NCBI RefSeq assembly: GCF_016432865.1
Contig: NC_067403.1
Coordinates: 199,950,001-200,014,000, forward strand
From: Antechinus flavipes
Taxonomy: Eukaryota
Length of the DNA stretch: 64,000 nucleotides
Direction of reading: 5' to 3'
Both the position numbers and the translations under genes were made by a program. Positions 1-10,857 of the stretch are shown one piece after another. Below the pieces are notes generated by a model that was not told the DNA's origin, made no database searches, and saw only the letters and a list, made by a program, of their open reading frames with translations. Each line of letters opens with the position of its first letter. Position 1 is the stretch's first letter.

Positions 1-289
1 GGGAATGTAGAAGACATGTTCTGGTTAGTGAACATGGAAAAGAAGAGTGAAGTAAGATTGTAATGGTCTTTAATTGTCAAATAGAGGGTAGGGATGGGTT
101 TCTATAAACGGGAGTTGTTACTCTTCACATTCCTGAGAAGAAAGACTTGATTGCAACGTGTCCCATCACTTTAGGGAAATAACATGATGCAGGGGTACAT
201 AGTCCAAATCAGAAAATCCAAGTTCAGTGACTTTGGGCTTATTTCTTTTCTGAACCTTCATTTCCTAAAAGGAGGAGCCCCTTATTAGA

Positions 290-329
<40 letters not shown>
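290..329. repeat. (ATT)13 microsatellite
   Basis: Direct reading. Confidence 0.95.
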
Positions 330-1439
330 GTATTATTAGATAAACTCTCAGACTCTGAAATTTTATGATTTCAAACAAATCTTCCTTTGGAAATGACTCC
401 TTAATTCTCATCTTATCATCTTATTGCTCTAACGTTGGGCTCTAGATGGAGAGAATTAGAATAACGCCATGTACCTGTCGTGTGTGTTTGTCAGCTCAGC
501 AGCACTAGCATGGTACTTTACACATAGTAGCTATTCTCAGTTCTTGAGTGAATGAAACCTCTCTTCCATCAGTGTTCGTAGGGAAACGGGGAGGGAAGCT
601 TGGCCAAGGCACTCTAATGCAACCCAGTGAAATAGGAATGTGTTTCAAGAAACTTCCTCAAGCATGGAATAAGTAAGCTTCGTGTAAATCGTGCCACATA
701 AAGTTGCCCCTCTTTCCACTGCCAGCCCAGCCCCTCCCCATGCTGAGTCCCAGACCCTTGAACTGAAGCTCCATTGTTCCATATTGGGAATTTGCTGTCC
801 GTGGTCCATGATACCACTGCAGGCTTTTCCTCAGGAATGTGTCTCCAAAAATAAACCATTAAAGCTTTCACCAGTCTTTCCCTCTGGGTCTGTGAGTCAG
901 TTACAGCATTAATCATTGGACAGGCCAGATTCTCTCAAATGCCAGTGGGCATGGCTTTAGCACTTAGTAAAGCTATTTCGGAATGGACTCACATGACTGA
1001 GAAAAAGAAAGCTTTTCTTCTCTTTTGATTCAGCTATTTGTTACATTGTGCTTAAAACCTAGTCATTCCTTGGTCCGTGGAACCAATATTCCATCCAATC
1101 TGCAGCCCATTTCCTGACTTATTAATGAAATCTCAGTTTCTCTTTAGCTTGTTCCTTACTTGCTGTTGACTTTCTTATCCTCAATTCTACTGCTAATGCA
1201 CTCATATTCCAATTTACCTCAGTCCTTATTCCTCAGTCACAAATCCTCATCCTCTATAACCCTGCCTTTGTCTTACAACTCCAGCTCTGGTTCTGTGTCC
1301 AAGCCTCCACCCCTCGGGTCTTTACCACTGCACCGAAGATACTCTCTTTCCTTCCTTCCCCGTGTTAACTGTTTGGGGATTGCCTGGTTCCTTGTCCCTT
1401 TATCCTATTGGAGACCTTGCCCTTCCAAACCTCAGCTTT

Positions 1440-3905
1440 GGATTATTCCCACCATTGATTTTCTTCACACCCATTCCCTTGCTGCTGAATAGAGTTGAAG
1501 AAAAATTACAAAAGTCATGTTGACTGGGTCCACTGCAAGTTTATATTACATCATCTCAACTGGGATGATCTACAATCATCCCTTTGACAAAGGCAAACCT
1601 TTTACACCTCCCTAACTGAATTACCATTACACTTTATAATACTGTGGCTTTTCCAACCCTTTTTAAAAAATCCTTCCTCAAACTTCCCACAGTTCTCCCT
1701 CCCTCTTTCCTCTCTGCTGAGAACCTTGTATCCTATTTGACTAAAAAAATTGAGATCTTCCCCAAGACTTGCATTTTCTCCTTATCTCAGATCATCCTGA
1801 TGCTTTCTGCCTCTATCTTCTTTTATCCCTATTTGTTTTATTAAGCTTTTTATTTTCAAAACATATACATAATTTTCAACATTCACTCTTGCAAACCTTG
1901 TGTTCCAAATTTTTCTCCCTTCTCCTAGAATAATATATTTAATACATGTTAAACATGTACATTTCTTCTATACATTCTTCCACAATTATCACAAGAAAAA
2001 TCATATCAAAAAGTTAAACAAAATGAAAACAAAAACAAAATGCAAGCAAACAGCAATAAAAAAGAGTGGAAATAATATGTTGTGATCCACACTCAGTTCC
2101 CATAGTCCTCTCTCTGGGTGCAGATGGCTCTCTCCATCACAAATCCATTGGAACTGACCTCAATCACCTCCCTGTTGAAAAGAGCCACTTCCATCAGAAT
2201 TGATCATTGTATAATCTTGCTGTTGCTGTGTACAACAATCTCCTGGGTCTGTTCACTTCACTCATCATCAGTTCATATAGGTCTCTCCAGGCCTCTCTGA
2301 AATCATCCTGCTTTTCATCCCTGTTTCACATGAGGAGGTGGTCCTTTCCTTATCAAGGCACAAACCCCTATACCTGCAGAAATGGTCCCAATTCCACCCT
2401 GTCTTCTCCATAGCAGGTTCTCCCCTTATCATTCCATTGGCCAACCATCCCTGTCTCCTTTCAATTTAGGACTACTTGCAGTTTCTCTACTGCCTGTAAA
2501 CATGCCTATATGTCCCTGATCTTCAAACAAAACAAAACAAAACAAAACACAATTGTTCTGTCCACCCTTGCTAGCTATCATCCTTTACCTCTCTTCCTTT
2601 TTCTGGGCAAACTTCTGAAGAAAACTATCTACAGTAGATGACTCTACCTGCTTTTCCCTCCATCTCTTCTTAACTTTCAACATTCTATCTTCTGATCTCA
2701 TTAGTTAATCCAAACTGCTCTTTCCAAAGTACAAATAATCTCTCATTTTCCAAGTTAAATGGCCTTTTCTCGGCCCTCATCTTCATGATATCTCTGCAGC
2801 TTTGGACACTATAATCATCTTCTTCTCCCTGAAACTCTCTTCTCCCTAAGTTTTCTTGATCCTACTTTTTCCTGGCTACTGCCCCTTCCTGTCTCTCATT
2901 TGCTGTCACATTCAATAACAGTAGGGATTCTCCAAGGCTCTGTCCTGGGCCCTTATTTTCCTTGTTGGTCTCTCATTAGTTCCCACAGTTTCAATCACCA
3001 TCTCTATGAAGATGTCTCTCAGATCTATTTGTCCCTAACCTGCAGTCCTTGCATCCGCAACTGCCTATTAGATATCTCCAAGTGATTTCCTACAAATATC
3101 TTAATATGTCTGAAACTAAAACTTTTGTCTTTGTCTTTCCCTTGAAACTCTCCTTTCTTCTTAACTTGTCTTATTACTGCTAAAGCCCTCACCATCCTCC
3201 CACTCTTTCATTCTGAATATTTTTCTCAATTCTTTATTCTCTCTCCACCTAACACCCCCTCTCCGTCCAATCAGTGGTCAAGTCCTTTCCTTTCAACTTT
3301 CTTAACATCTCCGATATGTGCTTCCTTTTTTCCTCTGACACTGCCATCACTCTAGTGCAAATCCTTATCACCTTATGCTTGGACTGTCACAGTAGCTGCT
3401 GGTGGATCCACCTGTTTCAAATATTTCTCTTCTTCACTCAGCTGTCAAACTGATCTTCCTAAAATGTAGTTCTGGAAAATATCATGACATAAACTCTAGT
3501 GGCTGCTTATTATCTCCAAGATCAAATATAAAATCCTCTGCTTGACTTTTAAAATCCTTAATAATCCAGGTCTTCCCTACATTTCTAGAATTCTTACTTT
3601 CCCTCTCCCCTCCCACTCTAAAATCCAATGATACTGTTCTCCTGGCTGTTCCTTGAACAAGATACTCCATCTTCAGATTCCAGCATTTTCTCTGGCTGTC
3701 CCCCAAGGTTGTAATTTTCTCCCTCTTCATTCCATCCTTGGGACTTCCCTGTCTCAATTAAAAGACCTACCTTCTGTAAGAAATCTTTCCTGGACTTCTT
3801 TTTCTATTTTTTGTTCATTATCTCCTCTGTTGGACTGTTGCGTCTTGAAAATAATTTTTGTGATTCTACTACAATTTACCCTGTATCTGCAACATAGTAG
3901 GTGGT
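1440..3905 (+). mobile_element. Decayed L2 LINE, interrupted by an antisense L1 3' end at about 1830-2330
   Basis: ORF 2900-3085 carries the L2 RT signature (GILQGSVLGP...LISSHSFNHHLYEDVSQIY); L2-type 3' end near 3880-3905. Boundaries approximate. Confidence 0.75.
1830..2330 (-). mobile_element. L1 3' end, antisense (marsupial type)
   Basis: T-rich inverted tail and the cacttcactcatcatcagttcat motif shared with other L1 3' ends in the window. Confidence 0.7.
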
Positions 3906-3914
3906 GGAGCTGTT

Positions 3915-5040
3915 AATTGAGAAAACATTTCAGCAGCAAATTTCTCTGATAAAGGTCTAATATCCAAGGCATAGAGGGTACTGATTCAAATACATAACAA
4001 CAGCCATTTCTCAGTAGATAAATGATCAAAAGATATGAGCAGGTAGTTCCCAAAGGAACATTTTTGCCAACATGTGAAAAGTTATATGAAAAAATATTCT
4101 TCCAACCACTGATAATAAGATAAATGTCCATTAAAGCTACTAGGAGCTTCCATCTCACATCCATCAGATTGACAAAGAAATAACAAAAGGAAAATTGTAA
4201 CCACTAGAAGGGATATAGGAAGGTGGGCTCAGAAATACACTATCAGTGGATCTAATGAACTGAGAGAGATAAAATGAGAACTAGGAAAACAACTTAAACT
4301 ATGACTGCAACTTTTAAAAAATAGCTACTTCGATTAAGGCAACTCCGAGGTACTACCTTATATATATCAGATTGGCTAATATGACTGAAAAGGAAAATAA
4401 TAAATATTGGAGGGGATGTGGAAAAATTGGAACAGTAATACACTGTTGGTAGAGTTAGTAACTGATCCAACCATTCTGGAGAACAATTTGGAACTATGCC
4501 AAAAATTATAAAACCATGCACACACTTTAATCCAGCTATATACCACTGTTAGATCTGTATCTCAAAGTGAGAGAAAAAAAGATTGTGGGGGGAGGACCTA
4601 TTTGTATAAAATCTTTATAGCACTTCTTTTTGTGGTGGCAAAGAATTGGAAATTGAGGAGATAGTCATCAATTGGGAATGACTTGGCTAATCTCAGCAAT
4701 ACAATGATCTAAGAAAATTCCAAAGAACTCATGAAGAAAAATGCTCTCCACATCCAAAGAAAAAACAAATGGAGTCTGAGTGCAGATCTAAGTATACTAT
4801 TTTTTGCTTTCTGTATTTTTTGCATTTTTTCCTCCTTTTAGTGTGTTTCTTCTTTCACAAAATGACTAATATAAAAATATGTTTTACATGACTCTATATA
4901 TATAACCTAAATCAAATGGCTTACTGTTTCAGGGGAGGGGGAAGAGTTAAGGGAAAGAGAATATTTGGAACTCAAAAAAAAAATTAAATGAATGTTAAAA
5001 ATTGCCTTTACGTGTGGGGGAAAAGAAAATGTTTTTTTTT
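3915..5040 (+). mobile_element. L1 ORF2 3' part and 3' UTR
   Basis: Typical L1 segments (tctgataaaggtctaatatcc; ccaaccattctggagaacaatttggaactatgcc) followed by an A-rich tail. Confidence 0.75.
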
Positions 5041-5284
5041 TTTTTCAGAAAAAAAGCTACTTTGAAAGATTTGAGAGCTCTGGCCCCTATAGTGCAGAGG
5101 ATCAATGATAAGACATGCTTCCCATCTCCAAACAAATAACTGATGAACTAGTAATGCTGAATGAGAATTAAATTTTTCTATATGATAAATATGTGAATTA
5201 TGGTTTTTGTAGCTATGCTTATTACAAAGATTTTTTTGGTTTGATTTCTTTTGGGGGGGAAAAATAAAGCTATAGATTTGTTGT

Positions 5285-5520
5285 TATTATTGATCAGTAG
5301 TTTCAGTCTGGTCTGACTTTGTGTCCCCATTTGGAATTTTTTTGGCAAAGATGCTGAAGTGGTTTGTATTTCTTTCTCCAGCTCATTTTACAGTTGGGGA
5401 AATTGAGGCAAACAGGGTGAAATGACTTAACTAACATTGTCTGAGACCAGATTTGAACTTAGAAAGATGAGCCTTCCTGACTCAAGCCCAGTGTATATAT
5501 TATGTGGACACCTAGCTGGC
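5285..5520 (-). mobile_element. CORE-SINE (MAR1/MIR-like), antisense
   Basis: ctccagctcattttacag...aaattgaggcaaacagggtgaaatgactt core; reverse-complement B box (atttgaact). Confidence 0.75.
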
Positions 5521-6219
5521 CTAGAGCTATAGATAGAGATTCCCTACCTTCCCACCCTACCCCAAAAAAGGAAGAAGTAAAGAAGAGTATCATTGAAGCA
5601 TTTGAAAGCATATAAAAGGAGTCTTAAAGAGCAACTTGAATGAGAATGAACTTGCTCAATGAATTTATTATATACTTTTTAAAAAAAAAAGGTCTGAAAT
5701 GTTATATGCATTCCTCCTTATACTAGACAGAGTGCCTAGAAAGCCATTTCATATGTCTCCCCTCTGACTTCTGGGAAACCCTGAGGAGCTGGGGGTGTTC
5801 TTCTGGAACTGCAGTTCATAAAATTCCCCCTGAGAGTGAGCATGTCATTGATTCTCAATTGATATCAGTAAACTAGCTAAACTTTTAAAAATGGATATTT
5901 ATCAAGGTAATCCAGTAAGAATAGTTGGTACAAAATATCCCACCACACCCCTCACCAAAAGTCAGAGACTCCCCTCCCACAAGTCTTTGCAAAGTCCAAG
6001 AGCTAGTCAGCGCCACTTTAGAGCATAGAATATGGCAAAAAGATATGGCCTCCTTCAGGAGGCCCATACAAAGCACCTCTTCAGAATGGTATAGCTTTGG
6101 GCTAGACCCCTTAGAATCCTAAAACTGACTTTTCCTTCTCATTTACTTGAACCTCCAATCTAATTGATGCTCTCAACTCTGCCCTTGCATTGGCTCAATT
6201 TCTCAAAACTGATCCTGAA

Positions 6220-6403
6220 TATACTATAACATATTTAACATATATAGGACTGCTTGCCATCTTGGGGGGGGGAGGGAAGGAGGGAGGGGAAAAAACGAAA
6301 CATAAGTGATTGCAAGGGATAATGTCGTGTAAAAATTATCCTGGCATGGATTCTGTCAATACAAAGTTATTATTAAATAAAATAAAATTAAAAAAAAAAA
6401 AAC
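6220..6403 (+). mobile_element. Young 5'-truncated L1 3' end with poly(A) and 13-bp TSD
   Basis: TSD aactgatcctgaa at 6207-6219 and 6404-6416; A tail at about 6390-6402. Confidence 0.9.
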
Positions 6404-6511
6404 AACTGATCCTGAAAGTATCTAGGGGGCCCAAAGATGGAATTATGGGAAGAGCTCAACTAGAATGCATCAAGTACTGACTATCAATTTATTGCCCTAG
6501 TAATTTACAGT

Positions 6512-6733
6512 GATTAAAATTCTTTCACTTGTAGCTTTCCACTAGTACTCATGGCTACATTGATATTTTACACAAATAATAGTAAATTACATTAAGTGTT
6601 TCTACTAGAAGTATTGAGAAGATTAAAATTCTTTCACTTGTAGCTTTCCAGTAGTACTCATGGCTACATTGATGTTTTACATAAGGAATAGTAGATTACA
6701 TTGTTTAAGTGTTTCTACCAGAAGTATTGAGAA
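6512..6733. repeat. Two-copy tandem duplication (109 + 113 bp)
   Basis: Both copies begin gattaaaattctttcacttgtagctttcc and end gaagtattgagaa. Confidence 0.9.
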
Positions 6734-7842
6734 GGCTGAGGCTGTTGTTTTGTTGGGAACAATTTGATGGCAGCTTTCCTGTGTGATAGTTGATTTAAGA
6801 AAACATTGTATCATTATGTATTTAAATGACAGTGTATCCTTTGTTGAATAATCATTGTAGACTTTATATACTTTGTACTTTGTATACACTATAACTTCAT
6901 GGGGCAGCTAGATAGAGCAGTGGACAGATCACTAGCCCTGGAATCAGGAGGAGGACTAGAGTATTTATGAAGTTGATTTTTAGAACCCAAGTTTAAGAGT
7001 CATTTATACCTGTTAAATTTCATCACTAGAATCAGACCCATTGTTCTAGTCTGTTGATACTTTTTTTGGGATCCTGATTCTGTCATTCAGTATGTTAGTT
7101 ATCCTTTCCAGCCTAGAGCTCTGAGTTCTCATTAATGTGATCTCATCTTAGGCATCACCCTAAAAAGTTCCTTTCTCTTCAGCTCATATTATTTGTGTCC
7201 AGAGTTTATTCTCAGAAATCTGCATATATAGTTTATAGCTCAATCACCACTGATGTGGGTGATAGGACCCTCAGTATCTCTATAAGCTTTCAGGACATTA
7301 AAGGTATTATCAGATTTTGGATAGACTCTGTTTCATCCCAAATAAAATGTACAAAATACAAAGGACTAACAAAAATCCATAAATAAATGCAGAAAACACA
7401 TAAAGGATTTGCAAGAGCTCACAAGTAATAAAAGCAGGTGTCCTCTCTCTGGTGGGCCCCACCTTCCCATACAATTCCCCTTATGATCTTACTGTCACTG
7501 GGTAGTTTGGACTCTTCCCAGAAAGGAAATATACTTTGGGGAAGCTAAGCAGGCAAAGCCACAACACTACAAGTCTCTCTTCCATTTCATAGACAGTCTT
7601 GAAGATTTATATTCCTGAGGGATAGAAACCCCAATATCTCAGGTCTTTTATCTCCCCCCATGCTCTCCTTTTAACTCGGGCCAAATGGATAATCTTTTTT
7701 TTTTTTCAAAGCAGCACAGTCCTTAGGAAGTTGCCCTTTCTTGAATAAAAGCCCAGGACCTGAATTTTTGGTCTTCAGGTGCTATTCAGAAGCCATTAAT
7801 CTCTATAGTTAATGATGCCTGAGAATTATTCATTCTCTCTCT

Positions 7843-8149
7843 TGTAGAGGGCCAGAACTTTGGAGAAGTATACTTGAAATAAGAATATTTACAACAACGT
7901 GTTAATTCAGTGGAATGGATGAGATGATGGTTCACCAGTACTTAGTATGGTGATATAATAGTTCTCTAGCTCACACATATTCAGTATGCTGTAATGATGT
8001 AATTGTAATAGGTTATTTAAGGACTGAGAAGAACTGGAAAAGAGACATTCTATCTTTAACAAGTCTCATGGTGGCTATCCTGCCACCTTCACTAAGACCA
8101 AAGATTCAGGCTGATCCCAAGATCCTCCAGAAAGCTTGCCTGGATATTA

Positions 8150-8151
<2 letters not shown>
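7843..8151 (+). mobile_element. Solo ERV LTR
   Basis: 309 bp with TG...CA termini (tgtagagggccagaac...cctggatattaca), flanked on both sides by ctctct; resembles a common marsupial solo LTR as recalled. Confidence 0.75.

Positions 8152-8210
<59 letters not shown>
8152..8210. repeat. (CT)n microsatellite
   Basis: Direct reading. Confidence 0.95.
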
Positions 8211-8216
<6 letters not shown>

Positions 8217-8941
8217 ACTGAATTTCAGTAGCACACGACATAGGAAATCTCCCTGAGAGAAATCCCAGCAGGCTAAATTCCTGGATTCCTGAATTTAGAT
8301 TATTTTGTAAGACAACCCTAAATCTGTATCTACCCATGAAATCACCCATCTCTAGCCAAATGAATGAATGCCTGGATTCTGCCTTCTCTGGCTAACGGCC
8401 AGATTCTGATACTAACGTAAAAAAAGGTGGTTTTTTTTTTTTTTTGGTAAATCATTTTCAGAATTAACATTATTGAAGAAATTCTCCTATCCCATGCAAA
8501 AAGCACATGCCTCCTTCTGCCATGGCACAAAGTTATCATTAACAACCTCTTGGGAACAGAACTATTAGGCTATCTCTCCAGAGATAACAGAAGGGGGAAA
8601 GGCAAATTGCAGTTTTAAGTGGTCTGTCATCTCTCTAATAGGCCAGAGTAAAAGAGATGGCTCCAAAATAATTCATCAACTAAAAATGGGGCCCTACTAA
8701 GTTATCTTAGTAACAACTCTAAGGCTCTAGGGATGGTTCCAAACCAAACAATTCATTTTGGAGTAACCTCATTCACTGAAACCCAAGCAAATCTCTTTCA
8801 TCCTCTAAATGAGATCCCAGTAGATGTGTCCACTCTGTATAAAGAAATGAAATCAAAAGTTTCAAAGGGTTACCTCCCTATAAACTCATTGAGTTGAATG
8901 AAGAACTCCCTGATCAATCCAGTTGTTTGCAAATCTAATAA

Positions 8942-9113
8942 ATATATGTGATATATTTAACATGTATAGGACTGCTTGTCATCTAGGGGAGGGAGTGAAA
9001 GGAAGGAGGGGAAAAGTCAGAACAGAAGTGAGTACAAGGGATAATGTTGTAAAAAATTACCCTGGCATGGGTTCTGTCAATAAAAAGTTATAATTATTTT
9101 TTTTAATTTTTAA
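8942..9113 (+). mobile_element. Short L1 3' end insertion with 11-bp TSD
   Basis: TSD aaatctaataa at 8931-8941 and 9114-9124; body similar to 6220-6403. Confidence 0.8.
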
Positions 9114-9920
9114 AAATCTAATAAGTATACAATCCAAGCCTTTATGCAAATCACTAATAAAAGGAAATATTATATACCACAAGATCCAGTACAGATCTCT
9201 GAGACATTCAACTAGAGACCTCCTTCCAAAATGACATTAATCCATCTATGACTACTCTTCAGTTTAGCCATTCAACCAGTTCTGAATCTTCTTAACTATG
9301 TCTAGTCCTTCTTCCTCTCTGTCATATCCATAAGAATTATATAAGAAGCTTTTGTCAAATGGAAAATGGAAAGTTAGAGGATTGCATATGAAATCCTTTG
9401 TCATTTACCGACTGTATACTTTGTCAAAAACTGGGCAAACTGTATCTATAACATTCATTAAACCCACTGATGTATATTTCTGGACAGGCACAATGCAGGA
9501 ATTTGTTTTGCCTGACAATACGTAGTATTACAAGGGTAATAATTTTCTGATTGAGAATGTGTGAGAGGGAAAGAAAATAAATGCTGGTCAACTAGAAATT
9601 AAAGTAAACTGAATTTTCAAAAGTTTCAAAAAAATTTAAGTGAAATCCATTCTGGAATTTTGCCAAAAATACAGAGTTTATAGGCTTATAGATTGTAATC
9701 TCCACCTACCATTATTGGTTTCTTTCTTTCTTTTTTTTAATCAAGACAACCTTTGCCCTTTTCTAGATCCACAATACTTCTCTCTTCCTCCATAATATTT
9801 CAAAGACCAAAGCTTACAATGTCTCAGCAATCATATCTACCATTTCTTTCAGTGTCTTGGGATGTAGTTCACTGGGGCCTACTGACTTGAATTAATCTGA
9901 TAGAAGTGAATCAGGCAGAA

Positions 9921-9967
<47 letters not shown>
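9921..9967. repeat. (AT)n microsatellite
   Basis: Direct reading; one C interruption. Confidence 0.95.
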
Positions 9968-9970
<3 letters not shown>

Positions 9971-10857
9971 AATTTTTGAAAAGCAGAGGAGAATTGAAGG
10001 AGCTCCCTTTCTTTTTTAGCTCAGTGTTAAGCTACATGTTATTAAGAATAGGAGTGGAGATACCTCTACCAAGACATACTAGATGCTATATAATATTTAT
10101 TTCCATCCCTTTCCTTTCTCTAAGAGGTTGAAGATTTGAGGAAAGTGGAAAAGGCTTGGGATTGTCATTGTGGTGAATGACATGGAATACCAATGAGGCT
10201 GAATCAATATTTTAACAACATTTTTATCCATTTAATATCTAGCATAGTCCTTTCACATAGTAGATATTCATTGAAAGAAATCAGTACTGTCTTATCCATG
10301 AAAAATCCCCTTACTACTGCAGCCCTTGTCTTCTGCTGCTCTTCTTTTGTCCATTCCTATATTACTTGTAACATGTACTACACAATTTAGCATATAATTA
10401 TAAACTGTCATATCTGATTCTCAACTAGATTATAAGACCTTAAGGACCCAGATATTGTCTTTTCTTCCTTTGCAGTCCCCCACAATATCTAGTGCATATT
10501 AGTTTGATTTTTTCCAGATAATTTTTCTTTATGACTATCAGAATTATGTTCCAATATACCCACCCATTGATTGGAAAAATTTGAACAAACCCCAACAAAC
10601 CTTAAAGCAACTGTATCTCAAGAAGTACTTACTGACATAACTGCCAACGCTTTTTTTATGTGCACATTGCTGACTGTATAGAAAGTCTTAGCAAAAGATA
10701 GGTTAACTAATTGTTGAATATGGGAAGCTATACAAATAAAAAGTAATCATTTGTCTCCTTAGATCACATACTGAGCAAGCATTTTGATTTGTGTTTTCTG
10801 TTATCTTATATGAGAGACTTAGAAAATGAATTTGAAAATTATTTCTATCTCTTACAG

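Noticed and set aside
2900-3085. Reverse-transcriptase-like peptides (also 50254-50448)
   Set aside because: Decayed L2 fragments with stops and frameshifts; not functional genes.
8092-8349. ORF with an (RE)n run; likewise the (LS)n ORF at 30957-31154
   Set aside because: Translations of (CT)n/(GA)n microsatellites.
1-10857. Search for upstream M1AP coding exons
   Set aside because: I found no segment matching the recalled N-terminal M1AP sequence; those exons are presumably outside the window.
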